A stretch of 64,000 nucleotides of DNA from an uncultured Clostridia bacterium (GCA_934130355.1 CAKOXV010000003.1:2655-66654); one strand, 5' to 3'; positions 40,104-50,472 are shown, numbered from the stretch's first letter. Notes: generated from the letters alone by a model not told the origin. Numbers and translations are program-made.

Positions 40104-42762
40104 TTATTCTTGTGTACGCTTTTGCAAATATGTTGAATAAAATGTTCTCTCATCTTCTTTATTACTTATTCTTTTTTGAAATTGAATAATAATTAATGGA
40201 AGAACTGATATTCCTAAAGTATATAACCATTGTGTATTTGTTAATGGTACTAATTTAAATACTTCAGCAAAATTTGGAATAATTACTACTATTACTTGCA
40301 TTAAAGTTCCTAGTATAAATGCTCCTATTAAATACTTGTTTTCAAACATTCCGAACTTCGAATATTGTTTTCTCACTCTTTACATTAAAACTATGAACAA
40401 GCTCTAACATTCCCAAGCTAACAAATGCCATCGTTCTTGCTACTTCTAATCCATACAATCTATTTCCAATAGAAAAACATAGTAAAGTTAAAATTCCTAA
40501 CATTGTACCTTCGAAAAAGATTTTTCCCCATAGTCCATCACTAAATAAACTTTTTTTAGGATCTCTTGGCTTTCTATTCATAATATTATCCTCAGGTGGT
40601 TCTAACCCTAGTGCTATTGCTGGAAGAGAGTCTGTAACTAAATTAATCCACAATAATTGTATTGCTAGAAGTGGACTTTTTAATCCCATCATTAAACCTA
40701 AAAATATTGTTACTATTTCTCCAACATTTGTTGCTATTAAAAAGTGCACTGCTTTTCTAATATTGTCAAATATATTTCTTCCTTGTTTTACCGCTTCTAC
40801 TATTGTTACAAAATTATCATCCGCTAACAGCATATCTGCTGCATTTTTAGCCACATCTGTACCGTTTAATCCCATTGCTATTCCTATGTCTGCATTTTTT
40901 AATGCAGGTGCATCATTTACTCCATCACCAGTCATTGCAACAATTGCGCCTTTTTTTCTAAATGTTTTTACAATTCTGACTTTATGTTCGGGAGAAACTC
41001 TTGCAAACACAGAATATCTCATTATGTTTTTTTCTAATTCCTTATCACTTATTTGGTCTAATTCACTTCCTGTTATTGCTAAATCATTTAATCTTAATAT
41101 TCCTAACTCTTTTGCAATAGCTTTTGCTGTAACTATATGGTCACCTGTTATCATAACTGTTTTTATTCCTGCTCTCCTACAAGTTGCAACAGCTTCTTTT
41201 ACGCCTTCTCTTGGTGGGTCTATCATTCCAATTAAACCTACAAATGTTAAATCATTTTCAATTATCTCACTATTTATTTTACTTGGCAATTCATTTACAT
41301 CTTTATATGCAACTGCAATTATTCTTAGTGCTTTTTCTGCCATTTCTAAATTTGTTTTTTCTATTTTTTTCTTTTCATCTTGCTGTAATTGTCTTATTTC
41401 TTTTCCATCTTTATATTTATTACACTTTCCAATAATAACATCAGGTGCTCCTTTTGTTATTATTCTAAAACCTTTTTCTGTTTTATGAATTGTAGACATC
41501 ATTTTCCTTGTAGAATCAAATGGTATATCTTTTACTCTTTTCATCTTTGTATATAATTTCTCTTTATCTATATTTTGAACTATAGCCTCATTTACAATTG
41601 CAGTTTCGGTAGCTTCTCCAATTGCTATTTTTTTATCATTCTCTCTTTCTATATGTACATCTGTACACATTGTTCCGAGTTCTAGAAGAAATCTCTTGTC
41701 TTCAAAATCTAATTTACTTGTTTTTAATTCTACTACTTTCATTTTATTTTGAGTTAGAGTTCCTGTTTTATCTGAACATATAACACTACTGCTTCCTAAT
41801 GTTTCAACAGCTGGCAACTTTCTTATTATACTATTTTTTCTTGCCATTTTAGTTACTCCTATTGATAACATTATTGTAACTATTGCTGGTAATCCTTCTG
41901 GTATAGCTGCTACTGCTAATCCAACTGATGTCATAAACATTTCTACAGGTGAAATTTGTTTAAATATTCCTATTATGAATATTGCTATGCAAATTATTAT
42001 GCAACAGATTCCCAAAATTTTTCCTACTTCTGCAAGTTTTCTTTGAATTGGTGTTTCTGGTGATTCATCTGTAATAATTATTTTTGCTATTTTTCCTACT
42101 TTAGTATCCATTCCTGTTTCCGTTACAATTGCTTCACCATGTCCATTTACTATGATTGTTGATGAAAACACCATATTTATAATATCTCCTATTGGAAGAT
42201 TTTCTTTCAATACTATGTTTCCATTTTTTAATACTGGTACAGTTTCTCCTGTAAGGCTAGACTCTTCTATTTGAAGCTCTGAACTTGATATTATTCTAGC
42301 ATCTGCTGGTACATAATTTCCTGTTTCTAAAATTATAATATCTCCCGGAACTACTTCTGTGCCTTTTATTGTTAAAATTCTTCCATTTCTTTTGACTTTT
42401 GTTACAGGTGCTGTCATCTTTTTTAGTGCTTCTAATGCTTTTTCTGCCTTTGCTTCTTGTATTACTCCCATAATACTATTAAAAACAACTATTGCAATTA
42501 TAATTATTGAATCAATATAATCCCCTGAACCTTCTAATTTAGCAACTATTGCTGATATTATTGATGCTATTATCAATATAATTATCATGAAATCATTAAA
42601 TTGCTTAAAAAACTTTACTATTATACTTTCTTTTTTTTCTTCTGCTAATTTATTTTCTCCATATTTTTTTCTTCTTTCTTCCACTTGCTCTTCACATAAG
42701 CCTTTTTCTATGTTTGTCCCTAAAACTTTTTCAATCTCATTGATTTCCTTTGTATGCCACAT
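40104..42762 (-). pseudogene. P-type Ca2+-transporting ATPase (PMCA/SERCA-like) split by a +1 frameshift (extra base at 40353)
   Basis: DKTGTLT, TGDH/TGDGVNDAPAL and MITGD motifs. The 806-aa ORF ends ...SEKTIFEVRNV*. The +1 frame continues GMFENKYLIGAFILG..., the expected last TM segments. Confidence 0.85.
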
Positions 42763-42918
42763 AATAAAAACTCTCCTTTGTTTTGATTTTATATTTTATA
42801 TTTTATTTATATGTTCTTGTCCTAATTTTATGAATAAATTAAATAAAAAATCCCAGTAATTTCTCACTGGAATTCTTAACTTTTCTATTAATAATATCAC
42901 CAATAGATTATATATTTT

Positions 42919-44541
42919 TCAATTTTTATTTGCATTTTCTTCTAATAATACATCTGTATTATCCACTTTTAGTGCAAAATAAGGTTTTTCCTTGTTTTCT
43001 TCTTTCAAATATAAAATAAAGTCATCATTATAAATAAATTCTCTACCTTTCTCTACAACAGCTTCTTTTAAAGCTTCTATTAAAGCTTCGCTTTTTACAC
43101 TTCCACCATAATTATTTAATTCAAAATCTATTGTTTGAATTGCCTGTCTGATATACCAGTCTGTTCCTTTTATACTTCTTCCACAAAGTTCATCATAATT
43201 TATTTCATCATTAACTTTTATAAATGGAATGTTTAAGATATCTTTTTTATTCCATTTTTTATCTCCATTATATTGTGCCTGTTTTTCTATCATTTCTTGA
43301 TAATTTTCTTCGAAAGACTTATTTTCTCCTGTTGTTCTATATAAATATACTTCTTCATTTTCTTTCGTTTTTAACTTTATTGCAAAATCTTCTTTTGAAT
43401 TGTAAAATAATATTTCTATGTTTTTGCTTGCATCTTGCACTGTATCTGGCTCAATCCCAAAATATTTTACTTTTTCCTGTGAATCTCCAAATGTATTATC
43501 TTTTAGCGTAGGAAATCTCTCTAAATAATTAAATTCTTTTTTTAACATAGCATATAAAACATATGCCTCTGAATTTCCCCATTCTACTTTATCTAATATT
43601 TTACTATTTTCATTAAATTTTTGTTTTATTTCATTTTCAATTTTATTTTTTAAGTCTAGTGTTGCTCCACCATGTGTTTTAAAATATGAATTAGGATTTA
43701 ATTCATTAACTGTAAATAGTTGTTTATTTAGCTCATCTGCTAACTCTGATGGACCATCTACAAATTCTATTTTTCCTCCAATGACATCATTCATGAAATC
43801 ATTCCATACTAAATTAAATGTTCCAACCCATACTTTGTTTGTATCTATTGATGATATTTTACTAGTGAATGTAGGCGTTATCTTAGCCTTTCCTGTGAAA
43901 TTTTTTACAATTTTTACTGTTGCATATGCCCCTCCTGCAAATAAAATGCTTAAACATAATACTGCTATAATTACCTTTGAAACTTTACTCATTTCATCAA
44001 ATCCTTTCTTTATTAATATTTTTCGTAATTCTTTTTTGCCTCTATGGATAAGATTTTTTATACTTTGAATTGACTCACCAAGTATTTGTGCTGTTTCTTG
44101 ATATGTAAGTTGCTCAATTTGAGTTAAATATATCGCATTTTTATATCTATCATCTAACATATTTATTGCATTTATTGTCTCTTTTTGTTTTTCTCTTTTA
44201 GTTATAATATCTGCAACATCTTGTTCCATCTGATTTAATTCATTTGATAAATACTTTTCATTTATTTCTGCTCTCTTTTTTTCAGTGCTTATATAGTTAT
44301 ATGCCCTACTTTTAGCAACTAAATATATATAATATTTGAAAGTATATCCTTTTTTTATTTCATTCTGCATTACATAGACAAATACGTCTTGAGCTATATC
44401 CTCTGATTTCGGATAATCTTTCACTATATTATAAATAAAATATTGGATTTTTTCTTTATACTTGTTGTATAACAATTCAAAAGCTTCTTTGTTTCCTGAT
44501 AAATATTCATTATATAATTTTATATCTAAATCTTTTTCCAT
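42919..44541 (-). CDS. ECF-type sigma-70 factor fused through one TM helix to a large extracytoplasmic serpin-like domain
   Basis: Residues 1-180 hold sigma regions 2 and 4 (DIAQDVFVYV; LTYQETAQILGESIQSIKNLIHRGKKEL). A TM helix VIIAVLCLSILFAGGAYA follows. The C-terminal approximately 325 aa end ...GGSVKSEALIEALKEAVVEKGREFIYNDDFILYLKEENKEKPYFALKVDN, resembling a serpin hinge/RCL and the F-x-x-D-x-P-F-L-F C-terminus. Confidence 0.6.
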   Translation of the reverse strand: MEKDLDIKLYNEYLSGNKEAFELLYNKYKEKIQYFIYNIVKDYPKSEDIAQDVFVYVMQNEIKKGYTFKYYIYLVAKSRAYNYISTEKKRAEINEKYLSNELNQMEQDVADIITKREKQKETINAINMLDDRYKNAIYLTQIEQLTYQETAQILGESIQSIKNLIHRGKKELRKILIKKGFDEMSKVSKVIIAVLCLSILFAGGAYATVKIVKNFTGKAKITPTFTSKISSIDTNKVWVGTFNLVWNDFMNDVIGGKIEFVDGPSELADELNKQLFTVNELNPNSYFKTHGGATLDLKNKIENEIKQKFNENSKILDKVEWGNSEAYVLYAMLKKEFNYLERFPTLKDNTFGDSQEKVKYFGIEPDTVQDASKNIEILFYNSKEDFAIKLKTKENEEVYLYRTTGENKSFEENYQEMIEKQAQYNGDKKWNKKDILNIPFIKVNDEINYDELCGRSIKGTDWYIRQAIQTIDFELNNYGGSVKSEALIEALKEAVVEKGREFIYNDDFILYLKEENKEKPYFALKVDNTDVLLEENANKN

Positions 44542-44700
44542 ATCTTACCTTGCCTTCATATATACAAACAAATGAAATTAAAAAAAGTTTCAAAATATTG
44601 TAATTTTTCTTATTTTATAAAAGTAAAAAACAGGAATCACTTTAGAGATAATCCTGTTTTTCATTAGTTTTTATGAATAGTGTAAAGTTCACTTTTATGT

Positions 44701-45069
44701 TTAAGAAGCTTTTAACTCATCTAGCATTTTTCTTATTTTTTCTTTTTCGTTTTTTATTGTTTCTTTAAGTTCTAGATTTTGCTTCTTATATAAATTAATT
44801 AATTTTTCTTTATCTTCTTGAGACATATCTTCTTCTAGAATTTTTCCACTCTTATATTCTCTTTGTAACTGTAATAGCCTTAGTTCTTCCTCATCTTGTT
44901 TTATAATTATATTATCTTTAAATGCATGTTCTTCAAGATTTGATTGATTTTTAAAATCTCTTGGTTGTGTTTCTATGCTATTGCTAGATTTTTTAAATAG
45001 TCTAAAAAAGAAATTTTTAATTTTATTAAAAAAGTTTCCTTTGTATTCTACCATTTTATTATTTTCCAT
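44701..45069 (-). CDS. hypothetical coiled-coil K/E-rich protein (122 aa)
   Basis: ORF 1 nt downstream of the G-Y-D repeat gene, so probably co-transcribed. Confidence 0.5.
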   Translation of the reverse strand: MENNKMVEYKGNFFNKIKNFFFRLFKKSSNSIETQPRDFKNQSNLEEHAFKDNIIIKQDEEELRLLQLQREYKSGKILEEDMSQEDKEKLINLYKKQNLELKETIKNEKEKIRKMLDELKAS

Positions 45070-45070
45070 A

Positions 45071-46699
45071 TTACTCTCCTAAATTTTTAGAATCCTTTAT
45101 ATTTGCTAATGTCTGTACTTGTGCTTTTAATTGTCTAGTCTCTTGTAATGTATCTTGTAATTGTTGTTGTGTCTTTTCTTGTTGGGCAAGTTCACTTAAA
45201 CTTTCTTTTGATGTTTGTTCATTAGCTAGTACAGTTATATCAATTTCACCTCTAAGGTATTTTCTTACAGTATCACGAACAGTTTTATCACATATTAAAC
45301 TATGATTTGCTTTTAGATACTCTATACAGCTATCAACATCTTGTTCTGTTGGTTTTATTTCTTTTCCATCTACGACAATTAATGTAGATTCTAAATATCT
45401 TTTTTTTGCAAAAGGTTTTGTATATTGTTTATATGGTTCAATATATTTATATAAACCTCTTATAATACCAGATCCCATCTTTTGTGCTTTTGCAAATGCT
45501 ATTAAATCTTCTATACTTGTTTTTGAATTTAATATATATTCTTGTATTGATAATTGACCTTTAGCTAATTTTTCTGCTTTATCTAGTAATCCTAAATAAT
45601 TTTTTCTTTGTATTTGTTCTTTTTCTGCTTGCTCATCTCTAGTTCTATCTTTATTATTTTTTCCATCTCTATTATATCCGTCTGCATCATATCCGTTTAC
45701 ATCATATCCGTCTGAATTATATTTTGTACCAGTATCTCTATGTAATCCTTCAGCATTAAATCCTTTTTGATCAAATCCATCTTTATCATAGCCTTTTGAG
45801 TCATATCCTTTTTTATCATAACCATCTATGTCATAGCCTTTTTTATCATAACCATCTATGTCATAGCCTTTTCTGTCATAGCCCTTTCTGTCATAGCCTT
45901 TTCTATTGTATCCTTCTTTATCATATCCAGATTTGTTATAACCCTCTCGGTCATAACCAGCTCTATCATATCCGTTTCTAGAATAACCTTGTCTATCATA
46001 TCCATGCATATCATAGCCTTTTTCGTCAAATCCATCTTTAGCATAACCTTTAAGATTATATACCGTCCCAGTGTCTCTATGTAGTCCATCCATATCAAAA
46101 CCGTTTTTATCATATCCATCTCTGTCATACCCATTTTGATTATAACCATTTACATCATAGCCTTCTAGATTATATTTTGTACCTGTATCTCTATTAACAC
46201 CACTTCTATTATATCCTTTTCTGTCATATCCCTCTCTATCAAATCCATAAAAATTATATCCGTCTGCATTGTATCCATCTACGTCATATCCTCTCAGATC
46301 ATACGCAGTCCCTGTATCTTTATGTATTCCTTGTCTATTAAATCCTCGAACACCATAACCTTCCTTGTCATATCTATTTCTGTCATACCCACTAGTATCA
46401 TAGTATGTCCCAGTATCTTTATGTATTCCATTAGAATTGAAACCATCTCGATCAAAACCATCTCGGTCGATTCCACTCCTATTAAATCCTTTACTATCAT
46501 ATCCATCAGGGTCAAATTTTGTTTGAGTTTGTATATGAATTCCCATTAAGTCAAACCCTGCTTTATCAATACCTTTTCTATTAAATCCTTCAACATTAAA
46601 TCCATCTTTATCATAACCTCTTGGATCAAATTTTGTTCCAGTATCTTTATGTATTCCATCTTTATTAAATCCATTTTTATCATATATGTTCTTTTCCAT
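45071..46699 (-). CDS. G-(Y/F)-(D/N)-x-x pentapeptide-repeat protein with a globular C-terminal domain (542 aa)
   Basis: About 340 aa of reiterated GYDRK/GYDID/GYDKK/GFNRQ units, punctuated by G(I/L)H(K/R)DTGT(K/A/V)Y(D/N). An approximately 200-aa non-repetitive tail follows. Confidence 0.7.
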   Translation of the reverse strand: MEKNIYDKNGFNKDGIHKDTGTKFDPRGYDKDGFNVEGFNRKGIDKAGFDLMGIHIQTQTKFDPDGYDSKGFNRSGIDRDGFDRDGFNSNGIHKDTGTYYDTSGYDRNRYDKEGYGVRGFNRQGIHKDTGTAYDLRGYDVDGYNADGYNFYGFDREGYDRKGYNRSGVNRDTGTKYNLEGYDVNGYNQNGYDRDGYDKNGFDMDGLHRDTGTVYNLKGYAKDGFDEKGYDMHGYDRQGYSRNGYDRAGYDREGYNKSGYDKEGYNRKGYDRKGYDRKGYDIDGYDKKGYDIDGYDKKGYDSKGYDKDGFDQKGFNAEGLHRDTGTKYNSDGYDVNGYDADGYNRDGKNNKDRTRDEQAEKEQIQRKNYLGLLDKAEKLAKGQLSIQEYILNSKTSIEDLIAFAKAQKMGSGIIRGLYKYIEPYKQYTKPFAKKRYLESTLIVVDGKEIKPTEQDVDSCIEYLKANHSLICDKTVRDTVRKYLRGEIDITVLANEQTSKESLSELAQQEKTQQQLQDTLQETRQLKAQVQTLANIKDSKNLGE

Positions 46700-46967
46700 A
46701 CCTAAACCTCTTCAAATATATTTATACATAAAAATCATAACATAATTGCAAAATTAATACAATAATTGTTACAAAAATGTCAAAAAAAAATCAACATTTG
46801 ACAAATAATTGTTTCATATATTTTCTAAACCATTATATATTTAGAAAGATTGTAGATTTTATTGACATTATATGGTATAATATTAAAGATATTTAGCTTG
46901 GCAGTAGCTAAACATAGGTAATACCTAAATTAGAAATTCATTTTACAACTGTGAAAGGGGAACTTTT

Positions 46968-47192
46968 ATGTTTGCCAAAATTTTGCTATTCTTAAAATTA
47001 GAGCAAAAATTAAAAGTAGATACCACTCTCAGCTACGCAAGTGCTCCTTTATGTAAATATAATAAAGGAGGATGCCTTTGCAAAAGGCAAGAAGGCAATG
47101 GAGAAGTTAAATGCTTCTACCGAGAAGGACCTGATAAATGTTGCTTTGAGAGAGAATCAACTATAGCAATATTGGAAAAGTCTAAGTCTTAA
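46968..47192 (+). CDS. hypothetical Cys-rich small protein (74 aa); coding status uncertain
   Basis: AAAGGGGA RBS 7 nt before the ATG. An extended -10 (TGGTATAAT) lies at about 46881-46889 and a terminator at 47215-47240. There are six Cys in residues 29-59. Confidence 0.35.
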   Translation: MFAKILLFLKLEQKLKVDTTLSYASAPLCKYNKGGCLCKRQEGNGEVKCFYREGPDKCCFERESTIAILEKSKS

Positions 47193-47214
47193 ATCCTAAA
47201 TTTTACTGCCTAAA

Positions 47215-47240
47215 AGGCTACTCGCAAGAGTAGTCTTTTA
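47215..47240 (+). terminator. rho-independent terminator of the small plus-strand unit
   Basis: aggctactc-gcaa-gagtagtct followed by TTTTA. The single G-T pair is a wobble only on the + strand. Confidence 0.6.
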
Positions 47241-47251
47241 TATATTAAAAT

Positions 47252-47280
47252 AAAAAAGCACAAAAAATTTGTGCTTTTTT
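47252..47280. terminator. bidirectional hairpin terminator next to the tRNA-Leu 3' end
   Basis: aaaaaagcaca-aaaaattt-gtgctttttt. Confidence 0.55.
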
Positions 47281-47285
47281 ATTTC

Positions 47286-47368
47286 TGGTGCCCAAAGTGG
47301 GACTCGAACCCACATGGTTTCCCGCACGATTTTGAGTCGTGTGCGTCTGCCAGTTCCGCCATTCGGGC
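47286..47368 (-). tRNA. tRNA-Leu (anticodon CAA), class II with a long variable arm and encoded CCA
   Basis: Minus strand reads GCCCGAA-TG-GCGG..ACGC-A-CACGA-CTCAAAA-TCGTG-CGGGAAACCATG-TGGG-TTCGAGT-CCCA-C-TTTGGGC-A-CCA. The cloverleaf folds by hand. Confidence 0.9.
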
Positions 47369-47516
47369 AAATATTTTTGATTAAATTTAACATCTAAATT
47401 ATATTAACACAATTTTCAAATTTTGTCTAGTCCCAAAGTGTATTTTCTATTGACTATTTGGTAAAATTAATGTATGATATAGAATATTATATTAAGGAAA
47501 AGAGGAAATTATATAT

Positions 47517-49898
47517 ATGTTATGCTCAGAATGTAATAAAAACAACGCGGAAATTTTTATAAATAAAATTGAAAATGGTGTTTCATCAATGGAAGGACTT
47601 TGCCGTGATTGTGCAAAAAAAAGAGGAATTGATGTTCCTCCTATAAAAAATTCTAACAAATCACAATCAACTAATGCTCAATCATCTCAAAGTAATGTCC
47701 CTCCAATAAATAATATAGATTTATCAGGAATGTCAAAACAATTAGAGAACTTATTTAAAGATTTATCAGCAAATATAAAAATGGAAAATCTTGAAAATAT
47801 GGATGACCTTTCACCTGAAGAGCTTGAAGAACTTGAAGATGAAGAAAAAAATATTGAAAATCCTTTAGGAATTCCAATAGGCTCAATCTTTGCAAGCATT
47901 GTTCCAAATCAAAAAGCACAAAATGAAGAAGAATCAAATGGAAGACAAAAAGTTAAAGTTGAAAAAAAGAAAAATGCAAAGAAAAAGAAAAAATACCTTG
48001 ATGTTTATGGTACTAACTTAACTGTCAAAGCCAAAAATAATGAATTAGACATGGTTATAGGACGTGATAAAGAAATTCAAAGAGTTATTCAAATTTTGAA
48101 TAGACGTACAAAAAATAACCCTTGCCTAATTGGTGAACCAGGTGTTGGAAAAACAGCTATTGCCCAAGGATTAGCTATCAAAATCGCAAATAATAATGTA
48201 CCAGCGAAATTATTAAATAAAGAAGTTTATTTATTAGATATGACTGCAGTTATTGCAGGAACTCAATTTAGAGGTCAATTTGAAGCACGTATGAAAGGAA
48301 TTATTGATGAATGTCGTGAATATGGAAACATTATTCTTGTAATTGACGAAATTCACAATATAATTGGTGCTGGAGATGGTGAACATTCTATGAATGCTGC
48401 AAACATTTTAAAGCCTTCTCTATCAAATGGTGAAATCCAATTAATTGGAACAACAACTCTAAAAGAATATAGAAAGTACATTGAAAAAGATTCTGCTTTA
48501 GAAAGAAGATTTCAACAAGTTTTAGTTGAAGAACCAAATATTGATGAATCTATAAAAATTCTAGAAGGAATCAAAAAATATTATGAAGAATATCACAAAG
48601 TAAAAATATCTAATGATGTAATAAAACATACTGTTGAAATGTCTGAAAAATATATTCATGATAGATTTTTACCAGATAAAGCAATTGATATACTTGATGA
48701 AGCTTGTTCAAGAATTAATTTAGAAAATAAAGAATTATTTAAACTTGAAATGTTAAAACAAGAACTTGCTCAAGTTCAAGAACAAAAAGAAGATGCTGCA
48801 AATGCTGATTCAACTGAAGACTATCAAAAAGCAGCTGATTTAAAAACACAAGAATGTAGATTGATTGAAGAAATCGATAATTTAAATAGCACAATTGAGT
48901 TAAAACATCTTACAACGCAAGACATTGCACAAGTTATTGAAAACTGGACAAAAATTCCTGTAAAGAAAATAACAGAAGCAGAAACTCAAAAATTATTAAA
49001 TCTTGAAACAAATCTTCATACTAGAATTATTGGTCAAGATAAAGCCGTAAGTAGTGTTTCTCGTGCTATTAGAAGAAACCGTGCAGGACTTCAAAGCACT
49101 AAACGTCCACCTTCATTTATATTTGTTGGTCCTACTGGTGTAGGAAAAACAGAACTTGCAAAAAGTTTAGCTTATGAAATGTTTGGCTCAGAAGATTCAA
49201 TCATAAGAATAGATATGTCTGAATATATGGAAGGTCATTCTACATCAAAATTGATTGGTGCACCTCCAGGATATGTTGGATATGATGATGCAGGTCAATT
49301 AACTGAAAAAGTTAAAAGAAAACCTTATTCAATTATTCTTTTAGATGAAATTGAAAAAGCTCATCCAGATGTATTTAATATACTTCTTCAAGTATTAGAT
49401 GATGGAAAACTTACAGACTCACAAGGAAATACAGTAAGTTTCCAAAACACTATAATTATTATGACATCTAATGCTGGATCAAACTTAAATAATAATTCAA
49501 TTGGTTTTGCAAAACAAACTGTTGATACAAATAAAATTGAAGAAAACTTAAAACAATATTTTAGACCTGAATTTTTGAATAGAATTGATGAAATAATTGT
49601 ATTTGATCCATTAACAAAGCCTGAATTACTACAAATTGTTGATTTAATGCTTAAAGATACCAAAAAAGCTTTAGCAGATAAAAACATGACTTTAACAATA
49701 TCTGATAATGCTAAAAATTTCATATTAGAAAAAGGTACAAATTTAAAATTCGGAGCTAGACCACTTAGAAGAGCTATTCAAAGATACATTGAAGATGAAA
49801 TTGCAGAAATGCTTTTAAAAAATGAAATTCATGAAGGTCAAAACATTTTTATTGATACACGTGAAGATAATTCTTCTTTGCATATCTCATGTATGTAA
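47517..49898 (+). CDS. clpE: ATP-dependent Clp protease ATP-binding subunit ClpE (N-terminal zinc finger, two AAA+ modules)
   Basis: N-terminal CSECN...CRDCA zinc ribbon, two Walker A sites (GEPGVGKT, GPTGVGKT), and a linker between the AAA+ modules. Confidence 0.88.
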   Translation: MLCSECNKNNAEIFINKIENGVSSMEGLCRDCAKKRGIDVPPIKNSNKSQSTNAQSSQSNVPPINNIDLSGMSKQLENLFKDLSANIKMENLENMDDLSPEELEELEDEEKNIENPLGIPIGSIFASIVPNQKAQNEEESNGRQKVKVEKKKNAKKKKKYLDVYGTNLTVKAKNNELDMVIGRDKEIQRVIQILNRRTKNNPCLIGEPGVGKTAIAQGLAIKIANNNVPAKLLNKEVYLLDMTAVIAGTQFRGQFEARMKGIIDECREYGNIILVIDEIHNIIGAGDGEHSMNAANILKPSLSNGEIQLIGTTTLKEYRKYIEKDSALERRFQQVLVEEPNIDESIKILEGIKKYYEEYHKVKISNDVIKHTVEMSEKYIHDRFLPDKAIDILDEACSRINLENKELFKLEMLKQELAQVQEQKEDAANADSTEDYQKAADLKTQECRLIEEIDNLNSTIELKHLTTQDIAQVIENWTKIPVKKITEAETQKLLNLETNLHTRIIGQDKAVSSVSRAIRRNRAGLQSTKRPPSFIFVGPTGVGKTELAKSLAYEMFGSEDSIIRIDMSEYMEGHSTSKLIGAPPGYVGYDDAGQLTEKVKRKPYSIILLDEIEKAHPDVFNILLQVLDDGKLTDSQGNTVSFQNTIIIMTSNAGSNLNNNSIGFAKQTVDTNKIEENLKQYFRPEFLNRIDEIIVFDPLTKPELLQIVDLMLKDTKKALADKNMTLTISDNAKNFILEKGTNLKFGARPLRRAIQRYIEDEIAEMLLKNEIHEGQNIFIDTREDNSSLHISCM

Positions 49899-49914
49899 AA
49901 AAATTGGAGGATAT

Positions 49915-50466
49915 ATGAAAAAAGAAAATATACCAAATATTCTAACAATAATACGTTTTATATTAGTACCATTTATCTTTTATTCAGTTATATCAAGGCA
50001 CTTTTTTACTGCATTAATATTATTTACAATATCTGCCCTAACTGATATTTTAGATGGTTTTATTGCACGCAAATTCAATTATATAACTGATATTGGAAAA
50101 TTGATTGACCCTCTTGCTGATAAATTAACACAGACATCTCTTCTATTGTCATTGACAATATTAAATATTATACCTTGGTGGATTTTTGCAATTGTATTTG
50201 TTAAAGAATTAGTACTTGTAATTTCTGCTTCTGTACTTTATTCTAAAGATGATGTTGTCGTTTATAGCAGATGGTATGGGAAATTAGCTACTACACTTTT
50301 CTATTTGGCAATAGTATGTTCACTACTTATAAATGAATTTAACTTTTCTATTTCATTTAGAATTGACTTATACTTGTATTATTTAGCTATACTTTCAACA
50401 ATATTTGCACTAATTATGTATTCAATAAAATTCAAATTTAAAAATGACAACATTATTAAAAAATAA
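49915..50466 (+). CDS. pgsA: CDP-diacylglycerol--glycerol-3-phosphate 3-phosphatidyltransferase
   Basis: CDP-alcohol phosphatidyltransferase motif DILDGFIARKFNYITDIGKLIDPLADKL. GGAGG RBS upstream of the ATG at 49915. Confidence 0.88.
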   Translation: MKKENIPNILTIIRFILVPFIFYSVISRHFFTALILFTISALTDILDGFIARKFNYITDIGKLIDPLADKLTQTSLLLSLTILNIIPWWIFAIVFVKELVLVISASVLYSKDDVVVYSRWYGKLATTLFYLAIVCSLLINEFNFSISFRIDLYLYYLAILSTIFALIMYSIKFKFKNDNIIKK

Positions 50467-50472
50467 AACAAA

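Noticed and set aside
46880-47240. Identification of the stand-alone unit as RNase P RNA, SRP/scRNA, tmRNA or 6S RNA.
   Set aside because: I looked for GAGGAAAGUCC (RNase P), the GGAA/AGCA domain IV loop (SRP), a tRNA-like 3' end with a tag ORF (tmRNA) and a long bubble hairpin (6S). None was found on either strand.
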